Source: a virus (Duplodnaviria > Caudoviricetes). Taken from it: 54,239 bases of DNA. Under the pieces are notes generated by a model. That model had not been told where the DNA came from, searched no databases, and saw nothing but the letters and a program-made list of their open reading frames with translations. Position 1 is the stretch's first letter; every line of letters begins with the position of its first letter. Where the stretch lies: positions 1 to 54,239 of IMG/VR virus record IMGVR_UViG_3300019937_000001. One strand, 5' to 3'. The position numbers were made by a program, and so were the translations under genes. Below are positions 1 through 10,100 of this stretch, piece after piece.

Positions 1-1
1 A

Positions 2-760
2 TTTACTGTAAAAGCAAAGGCACCGACTGCGGCGAAAACTGTTGATTGGGATTATGAAGCAATCAAGGAACGAATGAAGGGGAAGAGTATTGTATTTTGT
101 CTTCCTGGTCGTGGGTGTTCTTTTCAATTTTTGAAGAGTTTTGTACAATTGTGCTTTGACATGGTACAGAATGGTATGAGTATTCAAATTTCTCAGGACT
201 ATTCTTCAATGGTAAATTTTGCACGTTGTAAGTGTCTTGGTGCAAATGTATTGCGTGGACCGAAGCAAATTCCATGGGATGGTAAGTTGAATTATGATTA
301 TCAGCTTTGGATTGACTCGGACATTGTTTTCAACACAGAAAAGTTCTGGCAATTGTGCGATCTTGCTCTGAATGAGGAAGGTGAGGATAAGGAAGTTGTT
401 GCTGGATGGTATGCCACAGAAGATGGGCGCACGACATCAGTAGCACACTGGTTGGAGGAAGAAGATTTCCGCAACAATGGTGGAGTGATGAATCATGAGA
501 CTGTTGAATCCATTTCAAAGCGTAAGAAGCCTTTTACTGTTGATTATACAGGATTTGGTTGGGTATTGATTAAGAATGGAGTATTTGAGAATCTTGAGTA
601 TCCATGGTTTGCACCTAAGATGCAAGTTTTTGAGTCTGGTGCAGTACAAGATATGTGTGGGGAAGATGTTTCCTTCTGTTTAGATGCAAAGGAAGCAGGA
701 TTTGATATTTGGTGTGATCCACGTATTCGTGTGGGACATGAAAAAACTCGTGTAATTTGA
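2..760 (+). CDS. Glycosyltransferase family 2-like protein, 5'-truncated by the window edge
   Basis: The frame is open from position 2 (FTVKAKAPTAAKTVDWDYEAIKERMKGK...), so ATG 74 is probably internal. GT-A-type motifs: WIDSD (DxD), TGFGWVLIK, GEDVSFC, DPRIRVGHEK. Confidence 0.75.
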   Translation, partial: FTVKAKAPTAAKTVDWDYEAIKERMKGKSIVFCLPGRGCSFQFLKSFVQLCFDMVQNGMSIQISQDYSSMVNFARCKCLGANVLRGPKQIPWDGKLNYDYQLWIDSDIVFNTEKFWQLCDLALNEEGEDKEVVAGWYATEDGRTTSVAHWLEEEDFRNNGGVMNHETVESISKRKKPFTVDYTGFGWVLIKNGVFENLEYPWFAPKMQVFESGAVQDMCGEDVSFCLDAKEAGFDIWCDPRIRVGHEKTRVI

Positions 761-775
761 TTGGAGATTTAACTT

Positions 776-907
776 ATGGCACTTAATAAGACTATTTTTA
801 CTCCGGCGGCTCCTAAGAAGACTCGTCAAGGGCGCTCTGCTCGTACATTGCTCTCTGCAACATCTCGTAATGGAAAGAAGAAAAAGTATCGGGGTCAAGG
901 TAAATAG
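776..907 (+). CDS. Small basic hypothetical protein (43 aa), not in the ORF track
   Basis: GGAG RBS at 763-766, ATG 776, TAG 905-907. Translation MALNKTIFTPAAPKKTRQGRSARTLLSATSRNGKKKKYRGQGK fills the intergenic gap. Confidence 0.75.
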   Translation: MALNKTIFTPAAPKKTRQGRSARTLLSATSRNGKKKKYRGQGK

Positions 908-928
908 ATAAAGAATAAGATTCTTTTG

Positions 929-1546
929 ATGTACCATTTAGAAGTATCTAATGAATGGAATTCAATACATCCAAAAGATCTTTGGGTTTATAATAAACTC
1001 ATTTTAAATCGTCTTCTAGGGCATCTCTGTGGACCTACAGGGATGCCTGTTTCATATTCTGGATATTATATCGTCCGACCAAGTATTAATTTACTTGGTA
1101 TGGGGCGATTTTCGCGTAAGGAGTGGATTGAGAAGGATACTGAGCACTTTCATCCTTCCGAATTTTGGTGTGAGATCTTTGAAGGAGAACATCTAAGTGT
1201 TGATTATCAGAATCGAAAAGCAAAATTGGTAGTCAAAGGTGAAAGATATATTAATGATCCTTACTATAAGTGGAAAAAATGGTCTATCATAGATGAGAAA
1301 GTAGAATATCCATCAATATTAGAAGAATTGGTTGGTGATTATGAGTGGATCAACTGCGAATTTATTGGAAACAAGTTAATTGAAGTTCATTTTAGAAGAA
1401 ATCCAGATTTTAGATATGGAAATACCGTTGCAATTCCAGTTTGGAAGGGTGAAGATTTAAAGAATGATAAAAATCTAAAATTTATTGAGGATGAAGATTA
1501 CCTAAGAAAAGGATTTTACATTGATTCCGGGATAGAAACCCCGTAA
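929..1546 (+). CDS. Hypothetical protein, possible minimal ATP-grasp fold
   Basis: About 205 aa; ATG at 929 (the track start at 926 is TTG). Motifs YIVRP..NLLGMG, FWCEIFEGEHLSVDY and INCEFIGNKLIEVHFR resemble ATP-grasp segments. TAAATA at 901-906 upstream. Confidence 0.6.
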   Translation: MYHLEVSNEWNSIHPKDLWVYNKLILNRLLGHLCGPTGMPVSYSGYYIVRPSINLLGMGRFSRKEWIEKDTEHFHPSEFWCEIFEGEHLSVDYQNRKAKLVVKGERYINDPYYKWKKWSIIDEKVEYPSILEELVGDYEWINCEFIGNKLIEVHFRRNPDFRYGNTVAIPVWKGEDLKNDKNLKFIEDEDYLRKGFYIDSGIETP

Positions 1547-1580
1547 AAAGTTCTGTTCAACCTCAAAAAGGAGAAAACAG

Positions 1581-1844
1581 ATGGCAATGAACCCAAATCC
1601 AGATAGGAATAAAAATTATATGAAAGAAGTTTGGGGAACAAGTAGTCTTATTACTGATTATTGGTCATTAGAAGCACCAGATAACGAGCGTAATATGAAT
1701 TCTAGAATGCTTCGTGAGATCAATAATGATGATATGACACCCAAAAAGCATGATTTTTCTGTTCAGAAGGAAATTCATGAAAAAATCCGCAATGATAATG
1801 ATTATGATGACTGGGAATATGGTACAGAACCTATTTTTGGGTGA
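1581..1844 (+). CDS. Acidic hypothetical phage protein (87 aa)
   Basis: AGGAG RBS at 1569-1573; clean ORF directly upstream of g25. Confidence 0.75.
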   Translation: MAMNPNPDRNKNYMKEVWGTSSLITDYWSLEAPDNERNMNSRMLREINNDDMTPKKHDFSVQKEIHEKIRNDNDYDDWEYGTEPIFG

Positions 1845-1850
1845 TAAATA
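1844..1850 (+). promoter_or_regulatory. T4-type late promoter (ATAAATA) for g25/g6
   Basis: Matches the gp55-dependent TATAAATA core; 22 nt before the g25 ATG. Confidence 0.7.
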
Positions 1851-1872
1851 AGATAGAATTATTGTTTTTTAG

Positions 1873-2274
1873 ATGCCTTTAGAGCGGGTTAGTAAAGCTT
1901 TTAAGGATATTAGTCTGTCATTTCAGTCTAATCCCCTAAATTTTGACTTAATCGCTGTTAAAAACGAGACAGCGATATCTCGCTCTATCCGAAATCTAGT
2001 TTATACAGTCCCTGGAGAGAGATTTTTCAATCAAAATATTGGATGTAAAATCTCTCAAAGTTTATTTGAGAATATTGATCAGATTTCTGCTTCGGCAATT
2101 AAGGATGAAATTAAAAATACGATCGAAAATTATGAACCAAGGGTTGATTTAATCGATGTTGATGTAAATCCTAATTATGAGAACAATGAATTTAACGTTA
2201 CTATAAGATATTTCATTGTGGGAATTGATGCATTACCTCAACAGTTATCATTTGCATTACTACCAACACGATAA
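1873..2274 (+). CDS. g25: Baseplate wedge / sheath initiator gp25
   Basis: 133 aa with AISRSIRNLVYTVPGERFF and IENYEPRVDL motifs of the GPW/gp25 family; TAATG overlap with g6. Confidence 0.92.
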   Translation: MPLERVSKAFKDISLSFQSNPLNFDLIAVKNETAISRSIRNLVYTVPGERFFNQNIGCKISQSLFENIDQISASAIKDEIKNTIENYEPRVDLIDVDVNPNYENNEFNVTIRYFIVGIDALPQQLSFALLPTR

Positions 2275-4175
2275 TGGCACTAGTAAACTTCACTAATCTA
2301 GATTTCGATCAGATTAAGACTACTATTAAGAATTATTTGAGGTCTAACTCAAATTTTACGGACTATGATTTTGAAGGTTCCAATCTATCCGTAATTATTG
2401 ATACCTTAGCATATAATACTTACATTGCATCTTATAATGCAAGTATGGTGAGTAATGAAGTTTTTATTGATAGTGCAACTCTAAGAGAAAATGTAGTTTC
2501 TCTTGCAAGAAATATTGGATATGTTCCAAGATCAAGAAAATCTTCAAGAGCAGTAATAAGTTTTTTTGTTGATACTGCAGCATTTGATTCTGTTCCAGTA
2601 ACACTTACTTTAAGAAAAGGTTTAGTTTGCACAACTTCATCTTTTGGAAATGAAAACTATACATTCTCAATACTTGATGACATTACAGTTCCTGTTGTAA
2701 ATGGAATTGCAACTTTTGATTCTATTGAAATATATGAAGGGACTTATGCAAAGACCTCTTTTACAGTAGACTCATTAAATCCAAATCAAAGATATCTTTT
2801 AGACAATCCAAATATTGACACTTCAACATTAAGAGTATCAGTAACTGATAGTAATCAACAATTAAGAAAATATATTAATTCTTCAAATATACTGCAAGTC
2901 GATTCACAATCTAAGGTCTTTTTTATTCAGGAAGTTGCAGATCAGAGATATGAATTGATTTTTGGTGATGGTATCATAGGAAAAAAACTTGAAAATGGAA
3001 ATATTATAGAAGCATCTTACCTTATTACAAATGGTTTAGATGGTAATGGAGTCAATACATTTAATTTTTCAGGAAGATTAATAGACAGTAGAGGAAGAAA
3101 CGTCACTTCTGGAATTTCTCTTATAACAACAGAATTGACTTCTCAGGGAGGATCTGAAATAGAATCAGTATCTTCTATTAAAAACTTTGCCCCAAGATTA
3201 TATTCTGCACAAAATCGTGCAGTAACTGCTTCGGATTACGAATCAATAGTTTCAAAAATATATCCAGAAGCAGACTCTGTAAATGTTTTTGGTGGAGAAG
3301 ATTTATCGCCTCCACAATACGGAAAAGTTTTTATTACAATAAAACCAACTTTTGGATCTTTTGTATCAAATACAATTAAGGATAATATAAAAAGTGAGTT
3401 AAAGCAATACAGTGTTGCAGGAATTTTGCCTGAAATTTTAGATGCTAAGATTCTTTATATTGAACCCGATTCAAGCGTTTATTATAATGAAAATTTAGCA
3501 TCTTCTTCAAATATAGTAAAAACTAAAATATCAGAAAACATATTTAAATTTTCAGAGTCTAAAGAAATTAATAAGTATGGTGCAAGATTTAAGTATAGTA
3601 GATATCAGAGTATAATTGATAATTCTGATCAGTCGGTAACTTCAAATATTACTAGAATTTTAATGAGAAGAGATCTTAAAGCATCTCTAAATCAGTTAGC
3701 AGATTATGAAATATGTTTTGGTAATAGTTTTTATATAAAGGATATGGATGGGTTTAATATTAAATCTTCTGGATTTAATATTTCGGGTGTTCAACAAACT
3801 GTTTATATTTCTGATATTCCAAATTCAGATTTAAAAACTGGCAACATAATATTATTCTATTTAAATTCAGATACCGAATTTACAACTATTTCTGAAAATA
3901 TTGGAACAATTGACTATGTAAAGGGTGAGATTAACATCAGTCCTATCGTATTTACATCTGCAGTGAAATCTAGTGGTGGAACACCGATTATAGAAATATC
4001 TGCAATACCAAAGTCAAATGATATAATCGGATTGCAAGACATTTATTTGCAACTAGATAATAGTAAGGTTACAATAAACATGATTTCGGATAGTATTGAA
4101 TCAGGTTCTGATTCATCTGGATCTAATTATATTTTCTCGTCAAGTTATTTTAATGGCGATCTAGTCAGAAGATAG
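2274..4175 (+). CDS. g6: Baseplate wedge subunit gp6
   Basis: LDFDQIK..., FTDYDFEGSNLS, FIDSATLRENVVSLARNIGY, YELIFGDG, QNRAVTASDY and PPQYGKVFI are gp6 hallmarks. Confidence 0.95.
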   Translation: MALVNFTNLDFDQIKTTIKNYLRSNSNFTDYDFEGSNLSVIIDTLAYNTYIASYNASMVSNEVFIDSATLRENVVSLARNIGYVPRSRKSSRAVISFFVDTAAFDSVPVTLTLRKGLVCTTSSFGNENYTFSILDDITVPVVNGIATFDSIEIYEGTYAKTSFTVDSLNPNQRYLLDNPNIDTSTLRVSVTDSNQQLRKYINSSNILQVDSQSKVFFIQEVADQRYELIFGDGIIGKKLENGNIIEASYLITNGLDGNGVNTFNFSGRLIDSRGRNVTSGISLITTELTSQGGSEIESVSSIKNFAPRLYSAQNRAVTASDYESIVSKIYPEADSVNVFGGEDLSPPQYGKVFITIKPTFGSFVSNTIKDNIKSELKQYSVAGILPEILDAKILYIEPDSSVYYNENLASSSNIVKTKISENIFKFSESKEINKYGARFKYSRYQSIIDNSDQSVTSNITRILMRRDLKASLNQLADYEICFGNSFYIKDMDGFNIKSSGFNISGVQQTVYISDIPNSDLKTGNIILFYLNSDTEFTTISENIGTIDYVKGEINISPIVFTSAVKSSGGTPIIEISAIPKSNDIIGLQDIYLQLDNSKVTINMISDSIESGSDSSGSNYIFSSSYFNGDLVRR

Positions 4176-4178
4176 TAA

Positions 4179-7100
4179 ATGAACAATACCAGAATAAAAA
4201 TCAACTCTGTTGTAGAAAATCAACTTCCTCTTTTTGTCAGGGAAAATTTTCCTTTGGTAGAAGAGTTTCTAAGAGAATATTACAAGTCTCTTGATCTTCA
4301 AGGTGGAGTATATGATATTCTACAAAATATAGATAAACAGATTAAGGTTGATAATTCATCTAATGTAGTAGAAAGTACTTCTTTAGAGTTTGCAGTTAAT
4401 TTTTTAGATAATAAAGTTACAGTATCTTCTACATCAGGATTTCCAGAGTATTATGGTTTAATTAAAATAAATTCTGAAATTATTTTATATAAGAAAAAAA
4501 CGGATACAACTTTTGAGGATTGTGTAAGGGGATTTAGTGCAATTTCATCCTATACAAACAATGAAGATTTTGTATTTGAAGACACTCTTGCAGAAAGTCA
4601 TTCTGAAGGATCAACAGTAACCAATCTAAGTGTTTTATTCTTAAAAGAATTCTATAACAAAACTAAAAAACAATTTCTTCCTGGATTTGAAGGAAGAAGT
4701 TTTTATGAAGAATTAAATACTTCATTATTTTTAAAGAATTCCAAAGATTTTTATTCATCAAAAGGAACTGATGAAGCTTTTAAAATTCTTTTTAGAGTTT
4801 TATTTGGAAAGAATGTATCAATAATAAAACCAAGAGATTATTTGATTCAACCTTCAGATGCAAAATACAGAGTAACTAGGGATATTGTAGTAGAAGAAAT
4901 ATCAGGAAATGTTGAAGAATTAAAAAATAAAACAATATTTGAAAAAAATGAAGGAGAAATAAAGTCTTTTGCTACCGTAACTGATATTGAAAAAATTTAT
5001 AGAAATAGAAAATATTATTACGTATTAAAATTAGATTCTGATTTTAACAAAGATGTAAATGTTGTTGGATCAGTTTTTGGAAATTTTTCGATTACACCAA
5101 AAACTAAGGTTGTAGAAACTGTCCCACTGGGTTCAGATACTATCATTGTAGATTCTACAATAGGATTTCCCGACTCTGGAATTTTAAGATATTCTGGATT
5201 GAGTGGAAATATTTTAATAAGTTACAGTCAAAAATCTATAACTGAATTTAAAAATTGCACTGGAATAACAGAAAGTATCCCATCAAAAAGTCAAGTTTCA
5301 CTTAATCCTACAAATTCTTATGCTTATGGAATATCAAACGATGGATCTGAGATTAGATTTAGGATAAATGGCGTAATTTCAAATGCAAATGCAGATGGTA
5401 TTGGAAAATATTATTCAGAAAATGATACAGGAAAAATAATATCTTTTGGATATAATAATGATAAGGATATTTTAAGTAACAATTGGATTTTCAACGTTTC
5501 TGTTAATTGCCAAGTAAATTCTTTGGTTGATAATCAGAATTTTAGTTATACAATTACCACTTTCGATAACAACAACATTTATAATAATGATGATGTAGAA
5601 ATATCCTATGCAAACATAGAGGGTATTAGAAAAACTAACATATTTAAAGTTGTTGTCCCAACTGGAAGTGAACCACAAAGAACTTTTAGAGTCAATAACT
5701 TTGGAGAAAATATTAAAGAAGTATTTTCTGTTAGAAAAGTAATATCTAAGTATGAAGACAAATTTGTTTCTGACGTATTAAACGTATATAAAGATACTTC
5801 AAAAGATAATGAAATTTATGTTGCATCAAACTCCTTACCAAATTATGATGAAACTACAAGTCCAGATTATAAAATTGAAATAAAAAACATATCAAATAAT
5901 ACAATCAATTTTATAAATCATGGATATTATAGTGGAGATGCTGTAATATACACTTTTTTAAGTGATGCAACTACTAAATTGAATATTAGTTCGGGAATTT
6001 ATTATATCAAAAAAATTGATGAAGACAATTTTAAGTTGGCATCAAGCAAAGAAAATATATTTTTTGGAAAATATCTATCCATTGGAAACTCAAATATTTC
6101 TGCCGGAAATTTTATAAGTCCTTTAAGATTTGCAAATAAAGAAAATTTGCCAGGATCAATTGAACCACAAAAACTTATAAGGAAGATAGAGGAACCTCAA
6201 ACCGATGGAGAAATAAATCCAACAAAGAAAGGAACTACTGGAATATTTTTGAATGGTGTAGAACTTTTAAACTACAAGTCTGAAGATATAGTTTATTATG
6301 GTCCCATAGAATCTATTGATGTTATTGACGAGGGTGAAGGTTATGACGTAATAAATCCTCCAAAATTAGTGGTGTCTGTTGGATCTGGTTCTTCTGCAAC
6401 TGGTTATTGTGGAGTAGAAGGGTCTTTAAATAAAATTGAAATTGTAGATCCTGGATTTGATTACATAAGTAATCCGCAAATTAAAATTTCTGGAGGTGGT
6501 GGTTCAGGAGCTGTTGCAGAAGCTAATACTATACCGATACAAAATATAATCAATTTCAATTCAACATCCACCAATACTAAGATTAAACCCCTAAATCCTC
6601 TAAATGAAATAGGATTTAGTACTTCTCATAGATTGAGAACTGGGGAACTTGTAAACTACAGTTCCAATGGACAATCTGTTATTGGAGGTCTTTTGAGTGG
6701 TTCCAATTATTATGTTAGAGTTTTGGATGATTTTTCAATAAAACTGTACAATAATTTTACAGATTCAACTAAAGGGCAAAATGAAATTGATATTACTGGA
6801 TATGGTGAAGGAAATCATACAATAAAATCAATAGAGAAAAAATTCACTCTTGGATCAATTTCAGTAATTAATCCTGGTAGTGGATATAAAAACAAAAAAA
6901 TAACTGTAAATCCAGTTGGAGTGAATACCTTTACAGACACAATAGAAGTTTATGATCACCCATATCAAAGTGGAGAAATAATTCATTACGATTTTACTGG
7001 AACTAGTATAGCAGGACTTTCTACTGGAAATTACTATCTAACAAGGATTGATAGTAAAAACTTTAAATTGTCGGAAGTTGGAGTTGGAACAATTGCTAAA

Positions 7101-10100
7101 GATTTTTATTATGCCACAAAACAATACGTAAATTTTGAATCTAGTGGAGTAGGAACACACATCTTTAATTATGAACCAATAGTTGTTAGTATTGGTGGTT
7201 ATGTTGGAGCATCAACTTCCCTCCAACAAGATTTTAACTCAGTATTGCAACCAATTTTCTCCGGAAATATTAAGTCAATATATGTAGAAAATGGTGGAGT
7301 TGGATATGGTTCGTCAGAAATATTAAATTTCAATAAGCAACCACTATTTTCTTTTGAATCTGGTTCTGAAGCAAAAATTGCTCCATTAGTATCTGGAGGA
7401 AAGATAGTTAAAGTAATTGTTACTAATAGTGGAAGCAATTATAAATCTCCACCAAAAATAATAATAAGTGGTTCTGGTTTTGGAGCTTCTTTAACTCCAA
7501 TAATTGAAAATGGTCAATTGAAGGAAGTTAAAATAATTAATGGTGGATTAAATTATACTCAAAATAACACTACCTTAGAAGTAGTTCCGTATGGATCTGG
7601 ATGCAAATTAAATGCACAAATTAAAAAGTGGGTAGTTAATAAATTTAATAGATTTTCTAAAAAGTTTGGTTCGGATGAAAGTGCTGTATATAAAGGATTA
7701 AATCCAAATTATGATTTGCAGTACACTCATTTAAATCTTCCTGAGGTATTAAGAAAAAAACTTTTTTCAAAAACAATTCAAGACGAAAGAGTTGTATTTA
7801 GAACAGACCTTGATAATGATAATAATACTACAAAATTGCATTCTCCCATAGTTGGATGGGCATATGATGGAAACCCAATTTATGGTCCTTATGGTTATAC
7901 TTCAACAACAAATAAAACTGTAAAGAAAATAACCTCGGGATATTCTGATGCAAAGGATATTGGTGAAGGAAGACCAAGTAGTCAAATATATGAAGTTGGA
8001 TTTTTTGTGGAAGATTATCAATATACTGCAGATGGTGATTTGGACGAAAATAATGGAAGATTTTGCATAACACCAGAATTTCCAAATGGAACTTACGCAT
8101 ATTTTTGCACCCTAGATGAAAATAATACGCCAAAGTTCCCATACGTTATTGGGAAGAATTTTAAATCAAAACCAATAGATTACAATTTTGAAGTATTTTC
8201 TGGTCAAGATACTTTTGATTTCTCAAACAAATTCTTATTGAGGAATACTTATCCATATAATAGCAAGTCTAAAAATTCTTCTTATGATTTTATTTTTGAA
8301 AATAAAAATGAATATAGAGTAAAAAATTCTAAAGTTGAAGTAACTACCAAAGGATCAATAGATTCAATAAAAATTATTTCAGGTGGTCAAAATTATTCTG
8401 TTGGCGACAATCTAATTTTTGATGAAGAAGGGACAGAAGGAACAGGAGCAATTTACACAGTAGAGACTGTAGGTGGAAAAAAGGTAAATCGGATAGATTT
8501 ATCTTCAAATGTCTTTGAAGATGTTGAATTTTCTAACACAGGATCAAATCAAAAAATTATTGGATTTTCCACAATTCCACATAATTTTTCTAATGGAGAT
8601 GAAGTAAATATTATTTCTTTGAGTAATAATGGACCACAATTAAAAGGATCTTTCGAAGTTTTTGTAAATCAAAATAAACTCTTATTAACTGTTGGTGTAG
8701 GAGATTCATTAACTGATGGAGTTTTAAATTACTTTAGTGTTAATGGAAACTTAGATTATCCAAATATCCGAGAGAACGATGTTTACACAATAGATAACGA
8801 AAAAATAAAAGTATTAAATGTAGATAAAAAATCTAGAAGAATTAGGGTTCTTAGAGGTTATGATGGAACACCCACAAGTGCCCACTCCGGATTTACTACA
8901 ATATTTGAGAATACTAGAAAATTTGAGATAATTCCAAAACTACAAGGTGAAAATTATTTCTCAAATAAAGAAATATATTTTGACCCAAGCGAATCCATAG
9001 GATTGGGATACACGGAAACAACAATAAATTTCTCAAATCCTGGTGCTGGAGAAACTTCAATAACAATAAAACCAAGATCTATATTCATAAAAAATCACAA
9101 TTTGGAATCTGGAACTCTTGTAATTTATAATTCTAATGGTGGTTCTCCAATATTTGTTTCCAAAACCGGCATAACAACATTCCAATTAAATGAAAATTCA
9201 GAATTTTATGTTACAAAATTAACTGATGATCTTATTGGCATATCCACAGATAAAGTTGGGTTGAATACTAATGGAGAGTATTTAAATTCTACTGAAACAG
9301 AAGGATTGCTCTATTTTGATTCTGTCGGCGTTGGATCTTATCACAGTTTTAAAACTAAACTTGATGGCGCATTTTCATATAATGCAACAAAAAATATTGT
9401 TACAGTTTCAACAGCAACAACTCATAGTTTGTTGGAAAATGATTTTGTAGTTTTAGATGTAATTTCTGGAATACAAACATCATATAAGATAGAATACAAT
9501 GACTATTATAGAAGAATTATTGTTAATAAAGCAGAATTTTTGGCATCTGATGTAGATACTATTAACAGCACAATTAGAATACCTAGACATAATTTAATAA
9601 CAGGACAAAAGGTAATTTACAATTCAACATTACCCTCAGGCGGATTAGATGACAATAAAATATATTACGTTGTAAAATATGATGAAAATAGAATAAGATT
9701 AGCAAATTCAAAGTATGATTCAGAAAAACAAAATCCAAGTATAGTCGATATAACATCTTCTTCTGTTGGGACTATATCACCGATAAACCCTCCAATACAA
9801 ATTGTAAAAAATAGCAAATTAGTTTTTGACGTTTCTGACCAATCTCTATCAGTTTTTACTGGAATTGAAAGAGAATCTTCATTTAATATTAATTTCTACA
9901 ACGACAAAAAACTTTCTGATAGACTATTTTTAGTTGATTCTGACGGAAACGCAAAAATAAGATATACCGGAAAAATTGGAGTAGATTTAACTGCTAAAAT
10001 TGAACTTCAAATAGATTCGTCTTTTCCAAATAATTTTTACTACAGTTTAGATCCTATTTTATTTGAAAAAAACAAAGATGAAAAGATTCAAATTCAAATT

